Below, one piece after another: positions 8,321-16,870 of a stretch of DNA of 64,000 nucleotides. Numbering within the stretch: position 1 is the stretch's first letter; each line of letters opens with the position of its first letter. Source of the DNA: an uncultured Chloroflexia bacterium (GTDB taxonomy: Bacteria; Chloroflexota; Chloroflexia; Thermomicrobiales; UBA6265); NCBI GenBank assembly GCA_963763125.1, contig CAVXMV010000005.1, positions 1,609,739 to 1,673,738 on the forward strand, read 5' to 3'. Made by a program: the position numbers and the translations under genes. Below the pieces are notes generated by a model. The model ran no database searches and was not told the DNA's origin. It saw nothing but the letters and a program-made list of their open reading frames with translations.

Positions 8321-9334
8321 TCATCGCGTCGCCAAAAGATCGTTCGCGTGGATCAACTCAGCGATTTCCATGGTCTTGACCGCATCGGAGAAGTTCGATC
8401 CTGGCAACGTACCCGATTTCACACTGTCGATAAACTCCCTGGATTTGGCCTGAAACCCTCCATAGATGAAGAACTCGTCGCTGCCGGCGACGTCGGACGC
8501 GTTGTACTCCACACCCGCCGTATCACCCTCGGCATACAATTTGGCATCCCCTTCGAGGTCGGCTTCAACCGCGATCCCGGGAGCATGCATCTCTATGGAG
8601 AAGATGCGTCGTCCGCTCGACCAGCTGTTGAGCAGCATTCCTGTCGAGCCGTTGTCGAACTGGAGCATCGCGGAAACGAAATTGGTATCGGGTACGCCAA
8701 TCGACTTCACGCTGCTCTGGACATCAACCACCTCACCGCCGCACATCCAGCGCAAGGTGTCAATAGCGTGGACGCTGTCGTCCAGGATGTGGTCGAGGGC
8801 GCCCAGGAATGGCGTGATTTCGTATTTGTAGAAGCGACAGACCGCGTGCACGATTGGTCCTCGCTCAAGGCAGGCATCCCGGAGCTGAACGCCCAGCGGT
8901 GACGATCGCCGCTGGAACCCAACCTGCGTGATGCAACCATGTTGCTCCGCCAGGTAGGCCAGGGCGCGCGCCTGGTGAATGGTGACCCCAAGCGGCTTCT
9001 CGACGAAGAGATTCAGGCCGCGCTCCAGGCACCAAACCCAAATGTCGTACATGTAATGAGGTGGCCCAATCGCGTAAACGACATCGGGATGAGTCTCCTC
9101 AACCATTTGCCGGTAATTGGTGTAGCGCCCCGTCACGCCGTACTTGACTGCCGTGTCTTCGAGCCGGGTGAGATCCAGATCGCAGATCGCGACAATGTCG
9201 ACATCCGCGAACGAGGCCAGCGACGGGTAGTGCACCCTGTTCGACATTCCGCCGGCGCCAATCATGGCGACCCGAACGGTGCGATCGCCTGTTCCCTGCC
9301 GTTGTTGCTGACCCTGCTGACCAACCTTTTGCAC
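8321..9334 (-). CDS. Gfo/Idh/MocA family oxidoreductase
   Basis: It has the N-terminal Rossmann motif VAMIGAGGMSNRVH and the family motif FVEKPLG. The start could be slightly downstream of 9334. Confidence 0.85.
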   Translation of the reverse strand: MQKVGQQGQQQRQGTGDRTVRVAMIGAGGMSNRVHYPSLASFADVDIVAICDLDLTRLEDTAVKYGVTGRYTNYRQMVEETHPDVVYAIGPPHYMYDIWVWCLERGLNLFVEKPLGVTIHQARALAYLAEQHGCITQVGFQRRSSPLGVQLRDACLERGPIVHAVCRFYKYEITPFLGALDHILDDSVHAIDTLRWMCGGEVVDVQSSVKSIGVPDTNFVSAMLQFDNGSTGMLLNSWSSGRRIFSIEMHAPGIAVEADLEGDAKLYAEGDTAGVEYNASDVAGSDEFFIYGGFQAKSREFIDSVKSGTLPGSNFSDAVKTMEIAELIHANDLLATR

Positions 9335-9346
9335 AGTATCTTCCTT

Positions 9347-10082
9347 CTAAATGTTGCTGGGATAGAGCAGCAATTCGGGGACGTGCGCGCGAGCTGGCAG
9401 CGACATCACGAACATGATCGCGGCGGCAACATCCTCGGGTTGCAGCGCCCGGGCCAGGACATCCGGCGGGGTCGGCACAGGCCGCTTCAAAATCATCGGT
9501 GTATCGGTCATCCCCGGAAAAATCACCGTGGTCCGGATCCCATGCTGCCGCTCTTCCACCATCGTGCCGTGGGCGAGCGCAACCACCCCAGCCTTGGTTG
9601 CCTGGTAGGCTACCCCGGACCCATCGGCTGCCCTGGCCGCGGAAGACGACACATGGATGATGAGGCCACCCTGTTGCTGTCGCAGGACCGGAACAACTGC
9701 CTGGGTGATGTTGAACGCCGCGGTCAGGTTGACATCCAGCATCATCGACCAGCTCTCACCGGTCAGCTCACTGAGCGTTCGACGCGGGATATTTGTGCCA
9801 ACCGTGTTCACCACGATATCGATCCGACCGTACTCAGCCACGACTCGCTCAACAAGTTGTCGCGACCGATGCCCGATCCGTGGCATCGGTCGCGACACTC
9901 ATGGCCGAACCCCCATTGCCCTCGATATCCGCCTGAATCGATGTCAACTCCGCTTCGTTCCGGGCGGCAAGGACGACTGTTGCGCCGGCATCCGCTGCCG
10001 CTTTCGCGGTCGCCTTGCCCATTCCACTGCTGGCGCCAACGAGAAGCACCACGCAATCCTTCAGGTGACGTTCGCCAGCCAT
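9347..10082 (-). pseudogene. Short-chain dehydrogenase/reductase (SDR), one frame change
   Basis: The N-terminal part VVLLVGASSGMGKATAKAAADAGATVVLAAR...VATDATDRASV reads in ORF 9849-10082. The continuation QLVERVVAEYGRIDIVVNTVG...YQATKAGV reads in ORF 9347-9898. The junction is near 9860 (one extra nucleotide). Confidence 0.8.
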
Positions 10083-10840
10083 TAGTAGACACCCTGCCCG
10101 CCGTTGACTTCGATTGTTTCGCCGGTGATGAATGACGCGTAGGGGGAGGCCAGGAACATGACCGCTCCGGCAACGTCATCGGGTACTCCTTCCCGGCGGA
10201 GCGGAGTCCGTCCTACCGTCGCCTCCCGGCCTTCAGGCGTACTGAATCGATCGTGGAACTGCGTGCCGATCAATCCGGGAGCGACGCTGTTCACACGGAT
10301 GCCTTCCGGCCCGACCTCCTTCGCAAGCGCCCGGGTGAAGGTCAATACCCCACCCTTGGATGTCGCGTAGTGTGCCGATCCAGCGCCTCCGCCATCGTGA
10401 CCGGCGAGCGAGCTGATCGTGATGATGGAACCGCCGGGGCGGGAAATGACCGGAAGCACCGCCCGGCAGCACAGGAACATGCTGGTCAGGTTGATCGCCA
10501 GTGCCTCTTGCCACAGGGCCAGCGAACAATTCGCGATGGTGCTTCGCTGCAGCAGACCACCGGAATTCGTGACGAGCGTGTCCACGCGCCCGAACTGGGA
10601 GATCGCGGTCTCGATCATCCGGGCGGCGTCGGCTTCCTGGGTGAGGTCTGCCCGGATCGCCAGCGCCTGCCCCCCATCGCGTTCGATTAGCTGAACTGCT
10701 TCGGTTGCGCCCTGCTCACTCTGCCAATAGGCGATCAGGACATTTGCCCCCGCCCTCCCAAAGGCCTCGGCGATGCCGCGTCCGATGCCGGACGCGCCGC
10801 CGGTAACGATGACTGTTTTTCCGCGTTGTCCAAAATCCAT
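10082..10840 (-). CDS. SDR family oxidoreductase (FabG-like)
   Basis: 252-aa ORF with VIVTGGASGIGRGIAEAF, NSGG and YATSKGG (YxxxK) motifs. Confidence 0.9.
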   Translation of the reverse strand: MDFGQRGKTVIVTGGASGIGRGIAEAFGRAGANVLIAYWQSEQGATEAVQLIERDGGQALAIRADLTQEADAARMIETAISQFGRVDTLVTNSGGLLQRSTIANCSLALWQEALAINLTSMFLCCRAVLPVISRPGGSIITISSLAGHDGGGAGSAHYATSKGGVLTFTRALAKEVGPEGIRVNSVAPGLIGTQFHDRFSTPEGREATVGRTPLRREGVPDDVAGAVMFLASPYASFITGETIEVNGGQGVY

Positions 10841-10850
10841 GTCGATTGCC

Positions 10851-11705
10851 TCAGTTCACCGCTAACGCGGAGCGTTCCAGTTCGGCAGACTCGTTGGCGG
10901 CGATCTGGCGTCGAATGAAGTTCAGGTCCAGGCCAGTTTGCTCGAGCACCTGGGGGAGTGGCACTTCATAGTGACTATGGAAGGTGAGTGGTCCGGCATA
11001 CCCGGTGCTGACGAGATACGCCACGATGTCATCCCACGGGACCATGCCATCGGCCAGTCCGAACCAGTCCGATCGCCAGTGGCGTTGGCCGCTCGGCGCA
11101 AGTTCGCCGGGGAACCAGCCTCCATTCTTGACTCCGACGCAGCAGAGCCACGGGCGAAGTACGTCGAAGGTCAGGCGCCAGTCCTCACGGCCGTCCTGAA
11201 CAACCTGGTTGCCGGGATCGGGATAAGCGCCGACGAGGGCCGGATTGACCCCCTGCAACAGGGCAGCTGTCTGCACCCCGGAACCGTGGATCGTGTCACC
11301 ATGCAGCTGGATTGCGAGTTTGACGCCAGTCTTTTCGGCCAGCGCCGCGAGTCCATCGAGATCGCGCCGGGCGGCATCGAGACAGGCGACGTAGCCGATG
11401 ACGGGGTCATATCCCCAATAGCCGAGGCGGAGGATCCCGATACCCAGTTCCGCGCAGGTCGCAAACAGCCGCTCGGGCTGGTCACGCTGCGGGCTGGTCA
11501 CATCGGTCGTGGCCATCGGAACGCTCAGGCCTTCCGCCTTCAACCGCTGGACGGCCCCGGAAATCAGCTCCGGGGAGGCCGGCTCCACTTGGTGTCCGGA
11601 GCGGATCAGCAGGTCGATGCCGTCGAATCCGAGGTCCCGCGCAGTGGTCGCGATGAATTCAAGAGACTGTCCCAGATAGAGCTTGGTAAACAAAACGGAT
11701 TGCAT
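10851..11705 (-). CDS. Sugar phosphate isomerase/epimerase (xylose isomerase-like TIM barrel)
   Basis: The ORF spans 10851-11771. The likely start is MQSVLFTKLY at 11705, with GAGGGA upstream. FDGIDLLIR, LRLGYWGY and AIQLHGDTIHG segments are typical of this fold family. Confidence 0.75.
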   Translation of the reverse strand: MQSVLFTKLYLGQSLEFIATTARDLGFDGIDLLIRSGHQVEPASPELISGAVQRLKAEGLSVPMATTDVTSPQRDQPERLFATCAELGIGILRLGYWGYDPVIGYVACLDAARRDLDGLAALAEKTGVKLAIQLHGDTIHGSGVQTAALLQGVNPALVGAYPDPGNQVVQDGREDWRLTFDVLRPWLCCVGVKNGGWFPGELAPSGQRHWRSDWFGLADGMVPWDDIVAYLVSTGYAGPLTFHSHYEVPLPQVLEQTGLDLNFIRRQIAANESAELERSALAVN

Positions 11706-11767
11706 TCCTGTGTCCCTCACTTGGCGATGGTTCTCCACAAACCTCAACTCATTTTTGGCGCGCCGGG

Positions 11768-12007
11768 TCAATTTTCATAGACCCAGCGCTTGCGAATGCC
11801 CCAGTTGATCACCGTCACGGTGAAGATCATCAGGAAGAGCATCCACGCGACTGCGGATGCATACCCCATATTGAGGAACTGGAATCCCTGGACATAGAGG
11901 AACATCGCCGTGCTGATAGTCGAATCTTGCGGACCTCCCTTGGTCATGACCCACATCTGCGTTGTGCTTTTCACGACCCGAATCAATAGAATCAGAGCAG
12001 TGCACAA
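11768..12007 (-). pseudogene. C-terminal fragment (~75 aa) of a carbohydrate ABC transporter permease
   Basis: ...LILLIRVVKSTTQMWVMTKGGPQDSTISTAMFLYVQGFQFLNMGYASAVAWMLFLMIF... corresponds to the EAA loop and last helices of MalF/UgpA-type permeases. The N-terminal ~200 aa are absent upstream. Confidence 0.7.
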
Positions 12008-12164
12008 TCCCCCACTGAGTCAAAGCGACCTTGACTGTTTAAGCTTGACGTCAGCGCCTGAAAAGGTTGGACAAGGATGTGGAACGATGGTATGTGGATA
12101 GATCATTTGGGTTAGGGCTTCGGACCAAGCCTGCCCTATCTTCCCATGGGAACAGGATGCACTG

Positions 12165-13307
12165 GTGAAAATCGATAACGTACATGCCATCGGGTTGGTT
12201 GGCGGAACGCCCGAAGGCGGCTGGAGTAACGAGCTTAGCGCGGACATTTGCGTCCACACCCTGGTCGCGGTGATTACCGAGGACGGTCTGACCGGTTGGG
12301 GCAGCGTGTTCACCAGCGGCGATCTGGTCCGGGCCTCGCTGGAGGTGCTGAGGCCGCTCCTGATCGGCGAAAACGCCCTCGAACCGGAACGTGTCAGCGA
12401 GAAACTCCATCAACACACCTTCTGGCAGGGACGTGGCGGCGCGATCACGCACACGATCAGCGGCATCGATATCGCGCTGTGGGACATTCTCGGGCAAGCG
12501 ACGGGCCAGCCGGTTGGCCGGTTGCTGGGCGGTCGCTACCGGGAGCGCGTGCAGCCCTATGCCTCGATCCTGATGGACGAACCGGAGCGCCTGGTCGAGC
12601 ATTTGGATGAGGTGATTGGACAGGGGTTCCGCGCGATCAAGATGGGCTGGGGACCGTTCGGTCGCGTCAGTCATGCGATGGACGAGACAATCGTGCGTGC
12701 CGCACGGGATGCCGTGGGACCGGACGTGCGGTTGATGGTCGATGCTGGCGGCAGCGATGCGTACTGGACCAACGGCCTGAAATGGGCGAAGCGCACGGCT
12801 GCGATGCTCGCCACCTACGAAATCGCCTGGTTCGAGGAACCGCTCGCGCCGGATGCCCTGGATGACTACGTCGCCCTCCGCCGGGACGCTGCGCTGCCGA
12901 TTTCCGGGGGCGAAACGCTGACCCGCCGTCAGGCTTTCCAGCCATGGCTGGAGGCCGGGGCGTTCGATATCGTCCAACCGGACGTGACGAAGGTGGGCGG
13001 TATCAGCGAGGAGCGGCGAATCGGCTGGGTGGCGCAGGATCATGGTATCCGCTTCATACCGCACGGCTGGAACACGGCGCTCGGTCTCGCGGCCGATCTC
13101 CACCTGGCTTCCGCATTTGTGGACACCGATCTCGTCGAGTACCTTGTCGGCGCACCGTACATCGATGAGATCGTCATTGGTGGCTGGTCGCTCGATGCGG
13201 ACGGCATGCTCGCGATTCCCGATCGGCCGGGGCTTGGCGTCACGATCGATCTCGATGCCGTGGCGCGGTACGCCGACAGGGCGATACCTGGCGGCGTACC
13301 TTCATAA
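12165..13307 (+). CDS. Enolase-superfamily enzyme (mandelate racemase/muconate lactonizing enzyme family dehydratase)
   Basis: 380-aa ORF with a GTG start and AGGA upstream. Metal-ligand contexts are present: MVDAGGS, WFEEPL and ISGGETL. Confidence 0.85.
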   Translation: MKIDNVHAIGLVGGTPEGGWSNELSADICVHTLVAVITEDGLTGWGSVFTSGDLVRASLEVLRPLLIGENALEPERVSEKLHQHTFWQGRGGAITHTISGIDIALWDILGQATGQPVGRLLGGRYRERVQPYASILMDEPERLVEHLDEVIGQGFRAIKMGWGPFGRVSHAMDETIVRAARDAVGPDVRLMVDAGGSDAYWTNGLKWAKRTAAMLATYEIAWFEEPLAPDALDDYVALRRDAALPISGGETLTRRQAFQPWLEAGAFDIVQPDVTKVGGISEERRIGWVAQDHGIRFIPHGWNTALGLAADLHLASAFVDTDLVEYLVGAPYIDEIVIGGWSLDADGMLAIPDRPGLGVTIDLDAVARYADRAIPGGVPS

Positions 13308-13410
13308 GCCATAAGCAAGGGCGAACGGCACGCTGATGCCTTCCGTGCCCATGCTCCCCTTCAACCGTCACTCTGAGTAGCGAGTCCAACCCTGATTGAC
13401 CTTCCCCAAG

Positions 13411-13582
13411 CCGTCATGGTGAGCGCAGCGATCCAGCGGGGCAACATCCCCCGGCGACGCCGGTCCGCGTCCGCGGACGTTGGTGTACCCGGTACCAGGC
13501 GCCGGCTTCGCCGTCGAGTGCTCTCGCTGCGCTGCGCACGGGGATTCTCTCGCTCCGCTGCCGCTTCGCGTCAGGATGACGG
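13411..13582. repeat. MITE-like element, family F (terminal inverted repeats CCGTCATGGTGAGCGCAGCG / CGCGTCAGGATGACGG)
   Basis: The internal core ccggtccgcgtccgcggacgt...gccgtcgagtgct is shared with 16606-16731. A lone terminus-like string ccgtcactctgagtagcgagtcc lies at 13365-13387. Confidence 0.65.
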
Positions 13583-13760
13583 TTGGGGAACAAGTCGTCG
13601 GGCCTGTGCCAAAGACATGAATGCACCATCAGTTACCGACTGTCTCATTTCTGCCGCCCGTGCAAAATTGGCCGCCACAAGGGACGGCCACTACCGAATG
13701 AGATCTGAGGGCAGCCGATCACTGAACTGCGCGCCATTCGGCGTGTCGCGGTTGGCTCGA

Positions 13761-14003
13761 TTATCTGCGGGTCCAGTCCCGGAAGCGGTGAAGCATGTCG
13801 GCCTTCACCTCCGGCCCAAGCGATGCTTCGGAGAGCTGGCCGACCATTCGAATCGTCTGTCGCATCTGCTCCAGGTATGTGGTGCAGTACGGACAATCCT
13901 CCAGGTGAGCTTCGAACCTGCGTTGCTCAGCCTCGGGAAGCTCACCTTCAAGGTAGGCAGTCACAAGCTCGATGAACGATTTGCAGGTGAGGTTGTTGGT
14001 CAT
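13761..14003 (-). CDS. Zinc-binding anti-sigma factor (ZAS / zf-HC2, RsrA-like, no TM segment)
   Basis: MTNNLTCKSFIELVTAYLEGELPEAEQRRFEAHLEDCPYCTTYLEQM carries the H-x3-C-x2-C motif. An ATGA start/stop overlap links it to the sigma gene at 14000-14003. Confidence 0.85.
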   Translation of the reverse strand: MTNNLTCKSFIELVTAYLEGELPEAEQRRFEAHLEDCPYCTTYLEQMRQTIRMVGQLSEASLGPEVKADMLHRFRDWTRR

Positions 14004-14653
14004 GATGCCTGTTCGGTCCCTCGCAGGTACTGCTCCAGTCCCAGGCGCACACGCGATCGCGCACGGTGAAGCAGCACCCGTTCTGTACTGTCGGTAAGAG
14101 CCAGTATCTCGCAACTCTCGGCCGCGCTCAGTCCCTCTATGTCCCGCAAGACAATAACGGTTCGCTGACGAGGTGACAGCTGCGCGATCAGCGACTCGAC
14201 GAGCGCACGTGTCTCGCGGGAAAGAAGCTGCTCCTCGGGGGTGTCATCCCAGGCCGGCAGCCCCTCGGCCCAGTGACCGTCCGCGCGAAATCGCTCCGCG
14301 GCGACAACCGGCGATTCCATATCCGAAAACGAGACGATCCGATCTTCATGCGCTGCCCGGCGCCGCGCCTGATAGGTCAGCACCCGGAAAAGCCAGGTCT
14401 TGAGCGATGATCGACCCTCGAACCGATCGATGCCCCGTACCAGCGCCAGCCAGGTTTCCTGCACCACCTCCTCGGCAACCATCCTGTCGGAGACATAGGC
14501 CGTCGCCAACCGCAGGAGGGACAGGTGGAAGCGCTCGACGAGCGATTCGAAGGCCGCCTCATCACCGCGCTGGAGCGCAGCGACGAGCCGCAGCTCTTCG
14601 GTGCGTTCTGGTCCCGATGCGACCTGGCTCACGGATGGCGAACTGTCGGTCAT
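14000..14653 (-). CDS. ECF-type RNA polymerase sigma-70 family factor
   Basis: 217-aa ORF. Region 2 reads VQETWLALVRGIDRFEGRSSLKTWLFRVL. Region 4 reads LSPRQRTVIVLRDIEGLSAAESCEILALTDSTERVLLHRAR. Confidence 0.9.
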   Translation of the reverse strand: MTDSSPSVSQVASGPERTEELRLVAALQRGDEAAFESLVERFHLSLLRLATAYVSDRMVAEEVVQETWLALVRGIDRFEGRSSLKTWLFRVLTYQARRRAAHEDRIVSFSDMESPVVAAERFRADGHWAEGLPAWDDTPEEQLLSRETRALVESLIAQLSPRQRTVIVLRDIEGLSAAESCEILALTDSTERVLLHRARSRVRLGLEQYLRGTEQAS

Positions 14654-14809
14654 CGCCGTTCATTTCACGATGGATTGAATCGCGGTGAAATCTGAAACAA
14701 ATCGAGTACATGCGACACAGTACTTATAGGTGATGTGATGGTTATCCGGAGCGACGACACCGGCTACGTTCCCCGGCGGTGTCGCGTGTCGAACAAGGAG
14801 TGATGAGCC

Positions 14810-16225
14810 ATGGTAACAGACGCAGCGTCGGTATCGATTCTGGATGCCACGCAGATCGACGAATTCATCGCCAGTGAGCGGGGCATGGTCGATCGGCCGG
14901 GCGATGCCGGCTACGACGACGCCCGAAAGGTGCGCAACGGGCTGATTGATCGGCGCCCGGCGCTGATCGCCCATTGCGAGGGTGTTGCCGATGTCGTGCA
15001 TGCGGTCAACTTCGCCCGGGATCACGGGTTGCTGCTGTCGATCCGTGGCGGTGGCCACAATGTGGCCGGCAATGCGGTCAACGATGGTGGGCTGGTGATC
15101 GATCTCTCCTCAATGCGGGCGGTGCATGTCGATCCCTCGGCCCGCACCGTGCGGGCCGAGGGCGGGGCGACCTGGGGAGATATGGACCGGGAGACCCAGC
15201 TCTTTGGGCTCGCGACTCCCGGTGGCGTTGTCTCCAGCACAGGCATCGGCGGTCTTACCCTGCACGGCGGTCTCGGTCACCTGCGCCGGAAGTATGGACT
15301 CAGCCTCGACAACCTGCTTTCTGTAGATGTCGTGACTGCCGATGGCCAGGTGCGACGGGCCAGCGCAGACGAGAACCCGGATCTATTCTGGGCGATCCGT
15401 GGCGCCGGCAGCAACTTCGGGGTGGTGACTTCGATGGAGTTCCGGCTTCACCCGGTCGGTCCCGAGTTGGCGCTCTGTGCACCCCTCTATGCACTGGAAG
15501 ACGGCCCAAAGGTATTGCGGGGCTGGCGCGATTTCACGAAGAATGCGCCCGATGAGGTCAATTCGATTGCCGTGCTGTGGAGTGTGCCCGAGTTCGAACA
15601 CTTTCCGGAGGAACTCTGGAATCGACCGGTGGTGATTCTGGCCGCTGTCTACGTTGGGCCGGTTGAGGAAGGCGCCAGGGTGACGGAACCCCTCCGGCAT
15701 CTGGCCGAGCCGGTGATGGACCTCAGTGGCCCGATGCCGTACACCATCCTCCAGACCGCGTTCGATCCCTTCTTTCCGGTGGGCAGGCTCTACTACTGGA
15801 AATCGACCTATGTCGACGATCTGAGCGATGCCGCGATCGATACCCTCCTGGAATACGCCGCCAGCCGGCCATCGTCAATGACCGATATGGGGATCTGGCA
15901 CCTCGGCGGCGCGATCAGCAGGGTTGGCGTAGAGGAAACGTCATTTGGCCGGCGCGATGCCCCCTATCTCTTCGCCTCCGAATCGACGTGGACGGATCCT
16001 GCCGACAACGAGCGCAATATCGCCTGGGCTCGCGAATCGCTGGCTGCGATGCAGCCGTTTTCCCGTGGTGGGCTCTACCTCAACTTCCCCGGATTCGGGG
16101 AGGAGAAGGAGGCCATGCTGCGAGCAGCCTATGGTCCGAACTACGACCGCCTGGTTGCGCTGAAAACCCAATTCGACCCCGAAAACCTGTTTCGGATGAA
16201 CCTGAATATCAGGCCAACGGCCTGA
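14810..16225 (+). CDS. FAD-binding oxidoreductase (FAD_binding_4 / berberine-bridge-enzyme-like)
   Basis: 471-aa ORF with LLLSIRGGGHNVAGNAV (PCMH FAD-binding fold). The C-terminal segment GGLYLNFPGFGEE...YDRLVALKTQFDPENLFRMNLNI is the BBE-like tail. Confidence 0.85.
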   Translation: MVTDAASVSILDATQIDEFIASERGMVDRPGDAGYDDARKVRNGLIDRRPALIAHCEGVADVVHAVNFARDHGLLLSIRGGGHNVAGNAVNDGGLVIDLSSMRAVHVDPSARTVRAEGGATWGDMDRETQLFGLATPGGVVSSTGIGGLTLHGGLGHLRRKYGLSLDNLLSVDVVTADGQVRRASADENPDLFWAIRGAGSNFGVVTSMEFRLHPVGPELALCAPLYALEDGPKVLRGWRDFTKNAPDEVNSIAVLWSVPEFEHFPEELWNRPVVILAAVYVGPVEEGARVTEPLRHLAEPVMDLSGPMPYTILQTAFDPFFPVGRLYYWKSTYVDDLSDAAIDTLLEYAASRPSSMTDMGIWHLGGAISRVGVEETSFGRRDAPYLFASESTWTDPADNERNIAWARESLAAMQPFSRGGLYLNFPGFGEEKEAMLRAAYGPNYDRLVALKTQFDPENLFRMNLNIRPTA

Positions 16226-16281
16226 GTTTGGACGGTTGTTCGTATAGGTGTTCGCGATAGCGAACGAAATGGAGGAACGGC

Positions 16282-16572
16282 ATGTACGGAACAGTCGCCA
16301 AAATGCGGATCAAGCCAGGCAAGGAAGAGGAACTCGCAAAGATGATCGGCGAGCAGGCGCCCGAGATACCGGGTTTCGTTTTCCAGCACACGTACCGGTT
16401 GGATAACAACCCCAGGGAGTACATGCTCGTCGTTGGCTTCGAGAGCAAGGAAGCCTACCGCGCGAACGCAGAGAGCCCGGAGCAGAACGCCCGCTACGAG
16501 CAGTACGTGGAACTGCTGGACGGCCCACCCGAATGGAACGATGGGGAAATCGTCTTCTCGTTCCCTGAGTAG
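16282..16572 (+). CDS. Antibiotic-biosynthesis-monooxygenase (ABM) domain protein
   Basis: 96-aa ORF. MYGTVAKMRIKPGKEEEL...MLVVGFESKEAYRANAESPEQ is a typical ferredoxin-like ABM pattern. Confidence 0.7.
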   Translation: MYGTVAKMRIKPGKEEELAKMIGEQAPEIPGFVFQHTYRLDNNPREYMLVVGFESKEAYRANAESPEQNARYEQYVELLDGPPEWNDGEIVFSFPE

Positions 16573-16605
16573 AGTGCCCAGCGTATCGGGAAACTTCTCC
16601 CAAAT

Positions 16606-16731
16606 CGTCATGCTGAGGCGAAGCCGGTCCGCGTCAGCGGACGTGTATTGGGCAACCACCAGCGCCGGTTTCGCCGTCGAGTGCTAACGCCGCGCCGCGC
16701 CGGGGACTCTTCGCTGGCGCTCAGAGTGACG
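16606..16731. repeat. MITE-like element, family F, second copy
   Basis: Its termini are cgtcatgctgaggcgaagc and gcgctcagagtgacg (inverted). The core ccggtccgcgtcagcggacgt...gccgtcgagtgct is shared with 13411-13582. Confidence 0.65.
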
Positions 16732-16811
16732 ACCTGAAAAGGGCTCAAATAGGGACAATGAGTCATAGACAGAGTACTGAGCGCAGCGAAAAAAGTCCGG
16801 ACAATGCACCA

Positions 16812-16837
16812 GGGCATGGACAATTCGGTCCATGCCC
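16812..16837 (-). terminator. Hairpin downstream of the protease gene (weak terminator candidate)
   Basis: gggcatggac-aattcg-gtccatgccc forms a 10-bp stem 34 nt after the stop at 16871. On the minus strand a TTTTTT run follows only ~20 nt later. Confidence 0.3.
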
Positions 16838-16870
16838 CGTTGATGCTTCGCCGGAATCCGGCAGACCCGG

